Positions 27,101 through 40,789 of a stretch of 64,000 nucleotides of DNA are shown here, one piece after another. Each line of letters opens with the position of its first letter. Position 1 is the first letter of the stretch. The translations under genes were made by a program, and so were the position numbers. Under the pieces are notes generated by a model. The model did no database searches and was not told the DNA's origin. It saw only the letters and a list, made by a program, of their open reading frames with translations. The stretch comes from Chrysomallon squamiferum (taxonomy: Eukaryota; Animalia; Mollusca). Where the stretch lies: positions 33,480,001 to 33,544,000 of the forward strand of contig CM022672.1 in the NCBI GenBank assembly GCA_012295275.1. Direction: 5' to 3'.

Positions 27101-30100
27101 AACAAATGGCACCGAATGTGATTTTATGTCTTGCTGTCGTTTGGTTTTGATTCCAAAGGCTTTTGCTACTTCCACAGTCATGCAGTGATGCAGGAACTTC
27201 ATAGAGTTTCTGTTACTTAGCCATTCACAGTCATCTAAACATAGTTCAGAGCAGGGTTGTAAAACTTTTCTTTTATCAGGCAGAAATAATGATGTGAACT
27301 TTTTTGAAGCACATCCAATTTCATCACTTTTCATAAGCTGGACCAAAATGGTGGCTGCTTTTGAATAATTCTGAAGATCGGTTTTAGTTAGTGCATTACG
27401 GCCACATTTCTGTGCAATCTGGAACATAACATTTGCAGCAGAATCAGGCTCAAAAGTTTCTTTAACTCCTATTACTTTAAGAAAGAGACGATATTTAAGC
27501 AAAGGAGTACTCATTGGGTACAAATATGGTTTCAGTTCAAAATGCTGAGAAAATGAAATCTGTTCTGAGCTGATGAATGTATTCACTTGGAATATAACTG
27601 TTTTTCCTTGCAATGACTCTGAAATTAATTTATTTGCTTCAGATTCTTCTAATGAACAATTTTCGTTAAGGCGGTGATATACAGAAGAACATACGTCGTT
27701 CAGTTTGTGAAAATCAGCCTCCTCAAGACTATCTGTTTCTACAGATGAGACAGTCTGAAGATGCTCAATGATGTTCTCAACAGAAATATCAGATTCAGTC
27801 TTTACACCAAGCCACTCAAGTGTCTGTTTTGTTCTCATAAAGTTCAGCCTTGATGAATCTAAGATTAACTTGTTTGAACATCCAATGTTTATACATTCTT
27901 CAAAATATAATGACAATGGACTATCAAGAACTTTATCCGTATAACACCAACCAGTTGGCCAGTTTGGTGGTTTCTTACGGATTGGCAAAAACTTGCTATT
28001 TTGTATCTTTTCTTTGAAACTCTGTGGACATGTGCAAAATCTTTTCTTAGATGAGATGTGACTTTGATGTGACTCATATTCTCCCAGGTAAAGCAGAATG
28101 TATTTACATCTCGTAACTGAATCTTTCATGTTCACTTTAGACAGTGTTTCAACAGATTTCACTCGATCATAGAGCACACTCCACTGTAGTTCTTCATTTT
28201 GCATTCCTAGGTCAGACAATGCTGAAAGAATATCTGGAGTACAAAAATCATTCTCATTTGAGTTTGATGGGAAAAAACCATCGGAGTCAAAAAACATGCA
28301 AGCTGTTTTTCCTTGTGGATGAACTAAGTATTTTGGTTGCCTCAGTGTCCCTGATGGAAGTGTTGGTATGCAAGGGGTTTCCCGTATCATATTTTTTATT
28401 TGAGGAGAATTGCTTTTCAAAGCAATAATAACCAGGCTGTCTCTGTCTTGATCATTCCAATATGGATCATTTATACTTGGAAAGAAGATTTGTTCATAAA
28501 ATTCTTCAATGCTTAAAGTATGTCTTTTTATCTCAGTATATAGTCCTGCCTCAATAAAACCATTCAGAATATTTTGAGGAAGGTCTATGACAGTTTTGTT
28601 TCCTCTGTAGTAGTGTTCAAATGCAGCAAATGCAATTAGCCCAGTTCCTTCTTTGAAACGTATCTGTGGATCCAACAAGAGCATTTTCTCAAAAGTAACC
28701 CATTTTGAATTATACAGGAGTATCTGAGGATTGTCATAAACAATCATTTGATGAAATCTTTTAAAAAGTGTTTCATACTGTTTTCCTAAAGTTGGCCACA
28801 AAGCATAAAAATGTTCAGCATCAGTATTTCCAACTGATTTCAAAGCTTCCAAAGCATTTATCACTGACATTGATACTGCATCTGAAATTAGAGCTTCATT
28901 CCAGTTTGCTTCTTTTGAAACAGTTTTTTCATCCTCTGACTTAGAGCAGAGATTTTTTCTGTCATGTGTTAAAGCAAATGCACCATTTATGTGCAGTGGG
29001 AAAGGAATTGTAATTGGTAATGGTAGGAAACAAAACAAATGGCCATTTTTGTAAAATCCCTGAGGACATTCATTAAGAGGTAAAATGAGGTTTTCTCTGT
29101 CACAGATTGATATTGCTGTTGCTGCCAATGGCAGTAGACCTTTAAGTTCCTTTCTCCTTGCCATATAAATAGATTCTCTTCTTCCGAGGCACCATGAAAT
29201 AATCCAGTTTACTTGACTTTTTGATGAAATAACACTAAATACATTTTTGGCTGTGTCAAATACAGAAAGTGATATACTGATAGTTTCGTTCACTAAATCT
29301 TTGCTTTCAGTTTCCTTTTCCCATACATCAGAAAGATATTTTAGTACTGATGTAGAAAGTTCTGTGCTTCTTTTCTTAACTTCTTTTCGAACCTCTACAA
29401 GAAGCGTGGCCTTTGAAGGATCACTTCTTTGTGGGGGTAAATGGAACATTCTGACATATTTCACATTCTGACAAAACAGCAGCAGATTTCCTGCACTGGA
29501 CACAAATAAGTCCATGAATTTTTGCATTTCAGCTGGAGAATAATACAAACCACTAATATCGCTGCGTTGTGCTTGTAACTCTGTTCTGAGAGGAAATCTG
29601 AATAATGTACCTGGATACTCTGATTGCAGTAAATTACAACCAAACACTTTCTCGAATGGTTTGAACTGATTCTTCATTTTCTGCAACATTAATTTGTTTT
29701 TCTGCTTTGTAAGATCGGCTTTCAGTCCAGGACTTCCAAGAAAAGTTTGATGCGGATCAAATATGACAAAATTATTTCCACTTACAAAACTTGGAACATC
29801 AGTCAAGTTGTAAACTGAATTGAAACCTAATCCAAATCTTCCTATTTTTGTAGAATCGTCCATTTTGGTTTCTCCACTTAACTTGGTGATGTTAGCAAAG
29901 TCAGATTTAGAAAACTGAGCATCATTCTGGGCCCATAGAGCTGGGCCCTGTACTGAAGCCATTCCTTCATTGATTAAGTCGGTTCTTGCTTCCAAATTCT
30001 CTCTTTCATCGTAGAGAAAATTCACTTCAGTAGCTCCAGCATCGTCAGCATTCTGTATAATTTCCTTTGGGACAGAAAATCCATCAGTATATTCATGCAA

Positions 30101-33100
30101 CAGATTTCTCAAGCGTCTTGTTAATGGTTCACTTTGTCCATAATTCATATCAAATTCTTCTGTTGCATTCAGTAGTGGGTTAGTCAAAATGCGAATACCA
30201 AGATCTCTTGCCAAGTCTGAAGGGATTTGAGCAAAATAAGTATTTTCTGTTTCATCGTCGATGTAAGAAAACTGGTAAGATTCACAGTACACACAGTGTC
30301 TCAGCTGCTTTAGAACCAGTCGCTCTTCATCATTATGTACTGGAAGCAGTAAATGTGTTTTATCAGTAGTTTCATCTTCTTTCAGAACGTTTAGTATTCT
30401 CAGAACTAGTGAATGATCTGTTGAAATTGACAACCCATCGACACATTCATCGTGGTTTTGCTGAATTCTTTTCAATACATCCATCAACATTAGTGAACTC
30501 TGTTTTTCTGAAGCACCAAGTTGGTGAAACATGTGACTGAAACATTGTAAAGATTTTGGTAGAATGTACCGGTAAGGCTTGAGGTCAATATCTGAAGACT
30601 GGTGTTTTAACCATACATTTTCTGCCTTAACAAATCCAACGTCTTCACTAATCCATACGACATTCATGGTGGCTAATTTGATTTGAATTTTTGTTGATAG
30701 TCTAATTTTACTGAAATAGTGGTACACATCATTTAACTGTGTCATGTACATCTGATGTTCCTCTGCACAATACGTCTCTATGATATTATTTATGTGTTTG
30801 ACAACCACATCAACACTTGGATTTTGGGTAAGATCAGTTCTGCTCATTAACAAATTGTCTTTGGTGACAGCTTGCACAGAACCTACTAAGTTTAGGTGAG
30901 TGAAATGGCACATGTCTGTTGGTCTGCCAATATTTCTCTCATTTTCTCCAGCAAAGGGAAGATACTGAGGATAAGATGCAGGTCTCTCAGTCAGAACTGG
31001 CATCCATCGAGATGACTTTATTTTTGATAATTGATGTTCTGAAATATCGCATTTTGCCAAGCTAATCAAAATAGCTTCTGCTTTTTCTCTAACCATCTCT
31101 GGCTCAAGAATATTTTCAATTAATGAAACTGAATTACAGATTTCTTTTGAAGTTACATTTTGATCTTTTTTCAATCCCAGCTTCTCCAAGCCAGATAGCA
31201 TATTAGGCTGGCAAAATTCTTCACTTGGAAACATATCTTCACCATAGAAGAGCTTTTGCAGGAATGGACTGCGAGGATCAAACAAGTCTTTTGCTCTTTT
31301 CAATTCTCCCTTTGTACAAGAAGGCAAGAAATGGATCTCTGTAGCTTTTTGACTAATTTCTACATTATTAAGGTAGATGTGTCTGTTTTCAAAGAGAAAT
31401 TTCATGAATTTTCGTATTTTTTCTGTACTGTAATGTTTTCGGTTTGGGAATGTCATGACATCAAGAACTCTGCAAATGAGCTGATGAATGGAAACTTGTT
31501 TAGCTCCCAGGTGTTCAGCTAGTTTACGTGAGGAAGTACTCAGCCCATATAAATACTCTGATGGATATGAAACTGGTATCAGTTCTGTGGGCGCTATTTC
31601 AGCCAGTTCTTCAACTGAGATGCATCTTCCTTCTGATGTTGTGAATATTTTCAGTAGTCTTAATGTTCTTTTTCCACTGAATGATATATCTGTGCATAAA
31701 GATAGGAATTCCACAAACTTATTTTTCATAAATTCATCTGCTGTATCATTGAAATTCTGAATGTTTTCGTTTGAAACCTGACACAGTGTCTTAATAACAC
31801 CTTGTGGAGTGGGATAAGGAATCATGCTGCCTACTGGTAGGACCCACTGAACATAATTAGGAACCTGAAGGCAAGACTACAACTCCTAATTTCTGTAAGC
31901 ACTGGCAAATCTCTTCGGAAAGATTTTCAAACCCCACAAATGTTGCTGCAATGAAGTTGTCTGTCAAAGGATGTAATATAATTTTATCTTGTTTATATTC
32001 TGGTACTAGAGTCATATCTTGCATTGATGACATCATATCTACCCCTAATTCTTGGGCTAAAATCCATAAATCTTTGAGCCACTTTTCACCTAATGTGGGT
32101 GACGATTTCTGCAAATATTTTGAATCATAAAGTTTGTTGTTACTGAAACACAGTTTGACCATTTCTGGAAATATCTCAGCAGTGACTTGAAAAATGTTGT
32201 TGCATCCTAAAAAAAAAAAAAAACATCCAAATAAATATAGCTTGAACATTTTACTTTATTAAAACATTTTATTTTTCGTACATTGAAATATAAATCTATT
32301 TCATTTAGTAAGAAAGTTAGAAATAGAAAACAATACAAAATATACTCTCCCAAAGAAGAAACGCAAAATGGTTGATTTCTTAGATAACTATTGTGAACTG
32401 AGACATATCAATGTACAAACTATGAATATAATGACATTTGGTGATTCAAACGTATAGCTTTCGTTACAGTCGGCAAAAAGCAGGTAACACAAAATAAAGG
32501 CTATGATTGTGTTTATTAGTCAAAACGTCCCCACATCCAAACGTTACCAGTGCATGTCCAGGTGTGGCACAAAAACTTGAATACGAGGGTTATAAAAATG
32601 CAAGGTTTTCGAAAACTTCTGTTCGTTATTTTTGTTTTAACCCAACATCAAACAAATGCCACGACTGAGTGAACCGCAACGAAACAACGCCATCGGCCGT
32701 TCACAAGCTGGCGAATCCTTCTCGGCCATAGCCCAGTGTTCCATGTATCCCCAAGCACCATCTTGAGATTGTAATATCGGTTCCAGCAAAACCAAACAAC
32801 ACGTGACCGTCCCAGATCAGGTAGACCACGTATAACCACCAGGGCCCAGGACCTCTACATACGGGTACTTCATCTATGGGAAAGAACCACCTCGGCTACC
32901 TCAACTGCTTCAGCAATACCAGGTCTGCGTAGAATATCGGCTCAGACAGTGCGCAATCGTTTACTCGAGGCAGGTATTCGAGCCAGACGGCCTGTAAGAA
33001 GAGTGGTTTTGACTCAAGAACATCGTCGTCTACGAGGTCAGTGGTATCAACTGCACAGAGTCTGGCCTCAGTTACGATGGAGAACTGTCTGGTTTAGTGA

Positions 33101-36100
33101 CGAGGCTCAATTTCTGCTTAGTCGAGCTCAGGGAAGATGTCGAGTTTACAGACGTCGTGGTGAACGTTTTGCTGCAAACTGCATACAGGAAGCGGACAGA
33201 TTTGGTGGTGGTAGTGTGATGGTGTGGGCAGCAATCTCATACCAACAGTACCAACCTGGTTCACATACAAGGCAACTTAACGGCACTGAGATACCGAGAT
33301 GAAATTTTGCAGCCCCATGTCCCTCCAATTATGAATAATGGTAACGCTGTATTCCAGCACGACAGTGCGAGACCACATACAGCCAGACTCACAACAGCGT
33401 ACCTACACAACAATAACATTCAGGTCCTGCCCTGGCCCCCTAAATCTCCGGATTTAAAATCTACAGAGCATTTATGGGACGAGTTGGATAGACAACTGAG
33501 GCAGCATCAACCACAGCCACAGAATCGTGCTCAGTTGGCATTATTACTACAGACAGAGTGGGCCACCATTTCACAAGGTGTAATTCGTAATGTCATTACT
33601 GCCATGGGAAGGAGATGTCAGGTAGTTCTGGACTTCGATGGTGGGCACAAGGTATTGATATTATACTGTTATAACCTTGAACTTTAACCTTTTTAATTTA
33701 AAACCATCAATATTAATGAATTGCGAAAGTGTATGTAAAATGTGAACATTCTGCTGCTTTCTGTTGATCCATTAGATAGATATTCCCAATGTCAATAAAA
33801 TCTACTTTTGCGTTTCTTTTTTGGGAGAGTATATAAAACATAGAACATTGCCTTGTATACAGTTAAGCTCCATATTCCATTTTTGCTATTTCACATAACC
33901 TATGAAATACAATACCTATTAATGACAATACACATCTTATGCCTCGACCATTAAGAAACTGTCAAGTAATTAACAAAAGTTATTTTCCTTTAGTTTTAAC
34001 CAATAATAAATTATATCAATATGTTACAGAAAGAGTTCTATAATCTTTTAATACTTTCCTTGTATATTTCAAGTGATAGTTCTTACCTTTCTTTGCCATA
34101 TAAGCAAACTCTTTTTGGACAAAGTGGTCAACAGTCGCACTGACAAGAATACCTTCCAAACTTGGAAATATGTGAATTTTCTCTGGACAGAAAAGTATGG
34201 TTTGCTTTGCAAATGTCTGGAATGATCCATCGGCCACAGGAAGCAAAGCCAGTCCTTTAAGACAAGTGTATGAAGATGAAAGGAGAGCATATCTCAGAAG
34301 ATGTTGTTTTTTATAGACACTGTAGCGAATGTACTGATCTGAAGTTTTCAGCAACTTACAGAGCCCTTCTGGACTGACTTTGGACTCACATCTCACAATT
34401 ATTTTCACAGTGTGATCTGGAAGCTTCACAACATTCTTTCCATAATCCAGATAAGTCTTTGTCACTGTATTGAAAACTGATGGTTCAACTGATGGTTGCT
34501 CATTCAGAGCAAGAATAATATCTTTCATTAGAAGCCACTTTCCCCCATCGACTTCACTGAAAAATGCCTTTGTTTTAAACAGTTTTCTGTAAAATGGCTC
34601 CAAGAAGTCTTTCCAATGAGCAGTAATCTTTGAATCATCAGGAAATGAACCATAAAAGAGATCAATGTCTTCAGTACGGTTATTTCTTTCATTAGATAGT
34701 TTTCTGAGTTCTTTAATGAGTATAATGTAAACTTCTGGAAGAGCTTCTGAAATCAGACAGTGATTCCATTCATCTTGTTTTTCCTTATCTCGTGACCATT
34801 TAACTTCTCTGCGATCTTGAGTTAGTGCGAAAAAGCCATTGACGTGAACAGGCAAGCCTGTATTATTTTCTGCACTAAGAGGCAGAGGTAGAAAACAAAA
34901 AATATGTCCTTTCATTAGGTCTTCGTCTGTCAGGGGATAAGCAACACCAACATAAGGTGAGTAAGAGAGGTCAGTATCAGAACAAAGATTTCTGAGGGTC
35001 TGAGATACTGGTTCTCCCATGTAGAAATTCACCACCATCCAGTCATGTGAGTTGCATAGGGTAGGATGTCCAGAACTGAACTTTACTGTTTCGACAGAAA
35101 ACCGATATGTAGAATGAAATGACTTAGGTGCGATCTTGCCACTGGCATGTTCAAGTTCCGTTTTGAATCGTTTTCTTTCTCCACGAACACAATTTAAATA
35201 GTGTGTTGCTATGTTGACAGTATAAATTGTTTCTGCATTCGACAAGGAGCCAGCTCTTCTAAAAAGAGATATTTTCTCAAGAGACTTTAGAAAGAGAAGA
35301 ATCATTTCTGCCTCTGAAATGAAATTTTCAAAGATATTTGTTATATTTTCTTCTGTATACACGTTTTGCGAAAGATCTGATTGAACCATTCGCAATGGAA
35401 ACCAAAATAAAGTGCCACTGTAGAATCCAGTATTTAGAGAAGATTGTGAAAAATCAAATGTTCTCCCGAAGACATTAATAAGTGCTTCCAGTGTATGATC
35501 ATCCAAGTTCTGTAGTTTTCTCATGAGACAGACTTCATCTTTTGGTTGATGTGGATTAATAAAAAGGATCCATTCCCCACTGACAATGCAAAGCCAGTCT
35601 GAAATAAAAACAGTTATATACACAAAATAAACAAATTGCAGATGAATAAAAACTGGAAAAAGATGTAGATGACAACAAAATAAATTTAAATAATAGCATG
35701 TGATAATGCAATGGTAAAACAATAGTACTGCTTTAAAAAAGTGTAATTTATGTCTTTATCTTTTTTTATTTCTTTTTTTCTTTTATATTATATTATTTTA
35801 TTTTGTTTTATTTTATTTTATTTTATTTTTCATTGTCAATCTGATTTATTATAATATAGTGACAAAGAAACAGGTAAAAGATAAGTCAAAATGTACTTGA
35901 TAATTCAGCATTCAAATAGTTGTTATCTACCATAACCAGTTTTATACTAGAAGAGCAGATTGCACTTTATTAACGTAATCAAGTAGTGGGTTTAATGCAC
36001 AGACATAACCTGTTAACGACGGATTTAGTGATAATAAATGTGTCCATGTTTATTATCTGGATAAGTTTCTATTTGTACCTGTGAAGTGAAATACAGATTT

Positions 36101-39100
36101 GAAACCCAATCCATAGCGTCCAACTTTAAGACAGTCTTGTTCTTTGTTACTGCTTTGGATCATCTGGATTCCTTCCCAGTCTTTTTCAGTGAACAGTGCA
36201 TCATTGAACACACAGAGGCCAGGACCCTGTAATAATAGAAACAGTGTATAAGTATAGTTTTATTTTGTCACATAGAATTTCCTTTGGCAGACTTATCCAC
36301 TATTTTTGTATTCACAGTATCTGTTAAAAAAAAACAAAGAGTGAACACCATTTATTTGACTGTTTTGCATGGAATATGCATTCCATGGTTAGAAGAATAT
36401 TTTTAACAAGGTACAAATAACACTAGAGGAATAGGGAAACTGCATTACTGGTTTTGACAGTCATTTAGAACAGCAAGATTTTAAAATTTGTAATCTGTAT
36501 TAGCCACATTTCTCGACTCTTTATGTAAAAATGTTAACTGTTTCAATTTTGTTATTAGAGAGCATTTTCTTTTATATTTTGTAATGTTTTATTCTGGTTC
36601 TCAATGTATTATGAAGAAAATACTTTTTAAATAATTTTTTTTCAAGCAAAATACTGAAATTAGTTTTCCATAATGTTTGGCAATACAGATCATTTATATT
36701 ATCTAATTTTCATTATTGGTGAACCTTGTTTAATATATAATATTATTATTAATAATGATTCCAACAATAATCAACAACAATAATGACAACTATTGATGTT
36801 TACTAATGTTAAACATTATCATTTTACATTCAGCTTTTAAATGCCCATTCAGCTTCCAATTCAGACATATGTTGTTACTTAATTCTTCAAACATCATGTA
36901 CTCTTCATTTCACCTACCTGTAGTGCTTTCACATGACATGGATAATTCAGCTTAGCCAAATCTTCTGACTTGTTACACTGCTGTTTTTCATATAACACTT
37001 TCACCTCCCTAGCACCTGCATCTTCAGCATTCTGTATGATTTCCTATAAAACAGTAGCAATACTTGTTGCAATAATAGTTGTGATGGCAATCAGGGGTTA
37101 CAAAAACCAGCAGAAGTAGTAGTATTAAAAGTAGAGGTAACTGTAGTAATAATTGTGATTGTAATATAGTGTAGAAGCAACAGCAATGGATTCCAGTAGT
37201 AGTAGTAGTAGAAGTATTATTACTATGATTAGTAGTAGTAGTAGCAGTAGTAGTACTAGTAGTAGAAGCAGCATTAGTAGTAATAATAATACTTTGATTT
37301 GAGATATTTAGGGCTGATCTCTAGCTATAGTTTTGATGTTAGTCAGATGTGAACAATAATGGCTGAACCGCTCCAAAAAGAAAACGAAAAACATTTATCA
37401 ATAATTTGTTTTTGGATGCAATTTTATTCCATGACTCAACAGTCATTGCAGAAAATGTTTCTCTCAACATCTGACAATGGAAACGATGCTTGTTGTGCAT
37501 TGTATAGTAAATCTGTGAAGAACTCGAAACTGATTATCAGTTTCCTACCAATGATCGAAACATATCCCAGTGACCCAACATGCAACCTCTCTAACCCTAC
37601 CTACATTTGTTCTCTTGAAGACTGACACAAAATTCCACCAAACATTATGTTTGTCGATTTATTTTCGAAGACATCGGAGATTATCAAAAATTCATCAGAG
37701 AAGAGCTATTTGAAAGACACCAGCTTTTTGTTGAGTAGTTTCTATACATTGCTGTTAGTACACTCATGCATGGTTCAGGACTTATGGATGTTCTATAGAG
37801 GACCTATGAAGAGATGACAGTAAAACACTTGATAAGTGAAAAGGCAATGCAAATGACATTCTGAGGACATGTTTTGTTTGAAGAGCTCCTGAATGGAATG
37901 TTGATCATTGGAGTGATGGATGGTGATCTGAGTTTTGCTAATTCTGATTGCTAAAGTCAGTGTATCTTTCAAATACAAAACATAAAGGAGCTTGAGTCAA
38001 GGAATCCAAACGTATTCACAAATGTCAAGACGGGTACAATCCATTTTCTGTTAAACCCATCTTGAGAAATATAGTAAATGGAGTTCTTGCTGAGGATAAT
38101 GTTAAGAGTAAAAAAGTTGCCAATGTGAGGATTATCGATCCTGCTTACACTTCCCGAAATGATTGGTCATCCAGAAGTTATTCGATGACTGTCTTGAAAC
38201 ATCGTCAATAAAGAACAACACTGATTAGTAACTTCTGGAGAACCATTAGCATCTCATTTCAGAATTCTTTAGTGTGAAAAATTAATTCTTGTCAAATGGA
38301 GATAACAATCAGTCTAATTATGTAAGGGAGAAGGGCTGCAGTGTTATAAACACCGAAGGAGATGTTGACTGTCAGGCCACCAAACCAGAACTCTTTTTGG
38401 AGAAGACAAGGAAGTACTGATTCTCCTGTAAGATCAGTTATAGCATGTTTGTTCTCATAACAAATCAATAAGCCAATTTTATGAAATGCCTGACAGAGTT
38501 TTCACCTGCTTTCCATTACATTCATTTACTGGGTTGATACCATATCCCATATTTCTGGATAATAGGTTATTTGAATAATTTGTGAACGGTGACATACATT
38601 TCCGAGTCTCTTTCATCTTTCCTGAATTATGTTCTGAAAAAAGAAGAGTTTCTACAACATCCTTTACGACTACTAAACAGCATCTGCAATGAAATTCCAT
38701 TCCATGAATGCTTATTTCCAAATTATGACATCCTTAGGAAAAGAGCCTGCACTGTATTTAAGGGACTGGATGTGGAAATGTGATAGAAATCAATTCAAGC
38801 CAATTATGTGTACAAATACAAACACGTGCTAGCGAAGAATACTGAGCCAGAAATCTGCTAAAAAGGTGAGATGCATCTACTTAGGCTCCATTAGGTAACG
38901 CTATACATGTAGATGGTATGGATTACCATGTACAAGTCCCTGTGGACCATGCCTTTTGAATTTTAACAAAGGTAGGGATGAACATTTAACTTTTCAAATT
39001 CTGTCTACAACGATTACCAACAATGCACATGCCTCTCACATAAACGTGTATTTGCATCAGTAATCTGCAAATAGTGGCTTTTAAAGTTTTATAGCTTATT

Positions 39101-39911
39101 TGTAGTAAATCTCACTTATGATGTCAATTTGATGGAATATAACATCATGAAACAATTTTTATAGACCCTTTTGAGATTTTACACACTTAGGCGAGTTAAA
39201 ACTGAAGCTAATAAATGTCTCCAGTATCATTAGCGATATTATGTATGTAATAAAAACAAATGTCATAATGATTTTAAAATGAATTTTACATTTTATTTTG
39301 TTAACATTAATAATCAGAAATAAAAAAGTGGAACTGTTTTCATTTCTGAATTTTATGAAAAGAATAGTATAGAATACAATTTAGTAATACTACCTTTAGA
39401 ATCTGTCCTTTTGGATACTGATCCAGTACTGATTTCAGCTGCTTGATGAGACTAGGCTGTTTCATGCAAGCCAGTCCTTCCTTTAGTTTGCTAGACCCAG
39501 AGGAAGCTGAAATTACTCTCATTAATTAGAAAAGATAAGTCATTTTAACAAGAATAATACTCAGCAATTATCTTTTAATGACGTATAAAATCTAAACATA
39601 AAACTGTATGTGTAGATGTTTTACCAAAACCTTTTTTAAAAACTTTGAAAACCAAATTAAGCATAAAAGTAAAAGTAAAATTTTTAAAAAATATATAGTA
39701 ATTAATTAGAAATAGCAAAAATAAAAATAAAAATCAAGTAAGGGCTGATTAATAATGTTTTCAAAATTAAAAACAGAATTAAAAATTAAAATTTTTAAAT
39801 TTTTAAAAATATATACATCTTTTGTTAAAATCAAACAACCTAGTGGTGGAATTAATATTTGAAGATTTGTATTTAAAAAGGTAAACAGAAATAAATAATC
39901 CACATACCCAT
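20806..39911 (-). CDS. SACS: Sacsin-like protein (3 SRR/Hsp90-like ATPase repeats, DnaJ J domain, HEPN), about 4,330 aa after correcting four frameshifts
   Basis: Coding exons: 39911-39908 (ATG G), 39506-39394, 37043-36918, 36226-36079, 35598-34087, 32206-21422 and 21102-20806, all GT..AG with compatible phases. Total 12,985 nt, plus a net 2-nt correction, gives 4,329 codons. Motifs: QILK|EIIQNAEDAGA, VPKEIIQNADDAGA, ELLQNADDAGA; GRYGLGFKSVFH, GRFGLGFNSVY, GQYGVGFNAVYH; LPVHVNGFF; KWHPDKN; ARRWLRQA..HQ|AAEKALKA..RYPD. May be a paralog rather than the SACS ortholog. Confidence 0.92.
21422..32206 (-). CDS. SACS: Sacsin-like giant exon (10.8 kb): SRR2, SRR3, J domain and first half of HEPN, split into several ORFs by frameshifts
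   Basis: Acceptor ttttag|GA at 32206 and donor CAA|gtgagt at 21422. ORFs 31857-32249, 24797-31825, 23508-24824, 21493-23511 and 21413-21667 follow one another in shifted frames with no intervening introns. HPD at 21823-21831. Confidence 0.9.
32343..33831 (+). mobile_element. Tc1/mariner (Tc1, DD34E) DNA transposon, full length (1,489 bp), degenerate, in a sacsin intron
   Basis: 26-bp TIRs at 32343-32368 (tactctcccaaagaagaaacgcaaaa) and 33806-33831, one mismatch, flanked by TA on both sides (32341-32342, 33832-33833). Confidence 0.93.
32656..33687 (+). pseudogene. Tc1-family transposase, frameshifted
   Basis: MPRLSEPQRNNAIGR start, PRSGRPR motif, WRTVWFSDE, FGGGSVMVW, FQHD-(34 aa)-E in SPDLKSTE (canonical SPDLNPIE). 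Split across frames. Confidence 0.9.
34087..35598 (-). CDS. SACS: Sacsin-like exon, rest of SRR1
   Basis: Acceptor tttcag|AC at 35598, donor G|gtaaga at 34087, 1512 nt. Contains GTLFWFPLR, LLFLKSLEKI and GHIFCFLPLP..TGLPVHVNGFFAL. Confidence 0.9.
37330..39060 (+). mobile_element. Heavily decayed transposon-like coding remnant in a sacsin intron
   Basis: Non-repetitive, higher-GC island with short peptide traces (GCSVINTEGDVD; LHSFTG..DT) reminiscent of the 'GDAD / HAFTGCDT' ORFs of invertebrate DNA transposon-like elements. Many stops, no termini identified. Confidence 0.3.
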
Positions 39912-40427
39912 TTGGCTGCCTTTATCTTCCACACTCTCTCCTTATTATGTCATGATAAATGTTGCTACTTCTGAAGAAAAGAGAGAAAAGAATATATATT
40001 ATATAGGACTGAAAATATATTGTTTTGATATGCTTCACAAAACTTTGAATTATTTTTAATGAGTAAAATACTCATTACATAAAAATTAAATTTATTTCAT
40101 AAAACTTTAGATGAACAGAGTTCATAGATATTTCAACAACAATACTTATACAAATATCAGTTACAACTCTAGATTGGTAGTATGATATGCACAGATATGT
40201 ATATAAAAAATACCTATTATTAAAACAAAAATAACAAAAAGCAGTTACTTACTTCTTTAGATTGATGGAAGTATTTCAAAAACAATACTTATCATACAAA
40301 CATTAAATACATCTCTAGATACAGAAAAGTTAGCATACATAGATATTTCAACAGCAGAATTATATTCAATGTACAAACACTAACTGATGTTACCTTTTCG
40401 GATTGATCGAAATTACTGTATACATAT

Positions 40428-40541
<114 letters not shown>

Positions 40542-40789
40542 TTTACATTACCAAGATGTTTAGTGAATTATTTATAAATAGTAAGAGAGTGACTATATTC
40601 TCTGATCAAGTTGAATTACTGGATAAGTCAGAGGCTATTTAGAAACAAATATTTTAGATTTATATATAATACTATGGAAATAGAAATTGTTACTGATGTT
40701 AAATACCTCCGGCTTGTTTCAAGTAAATGTGGACCCTTCATAAATATTAAGAAAGGTTTAATCGAATGAGCTTCAAAGTTAGTGTTTGG

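Noticed and set aside
21469-31760. Plus-strand and alternative-frame ORFs overlapping the sacsin exon (e.g. 24906-25496, 26391-26768)
   Set aside because: Antisense shadows of a long coding exon with no independent motifs.
21700-31870. Programmed ribosomal frameshifting or tiny introns as the explanation for the sacsin frameshifts
   Set aside because: I saw no canonical slippery heptamers or frame-restoring GT..AG pairs at the four sites. Sequencing error or pseudogenisation is simpler.
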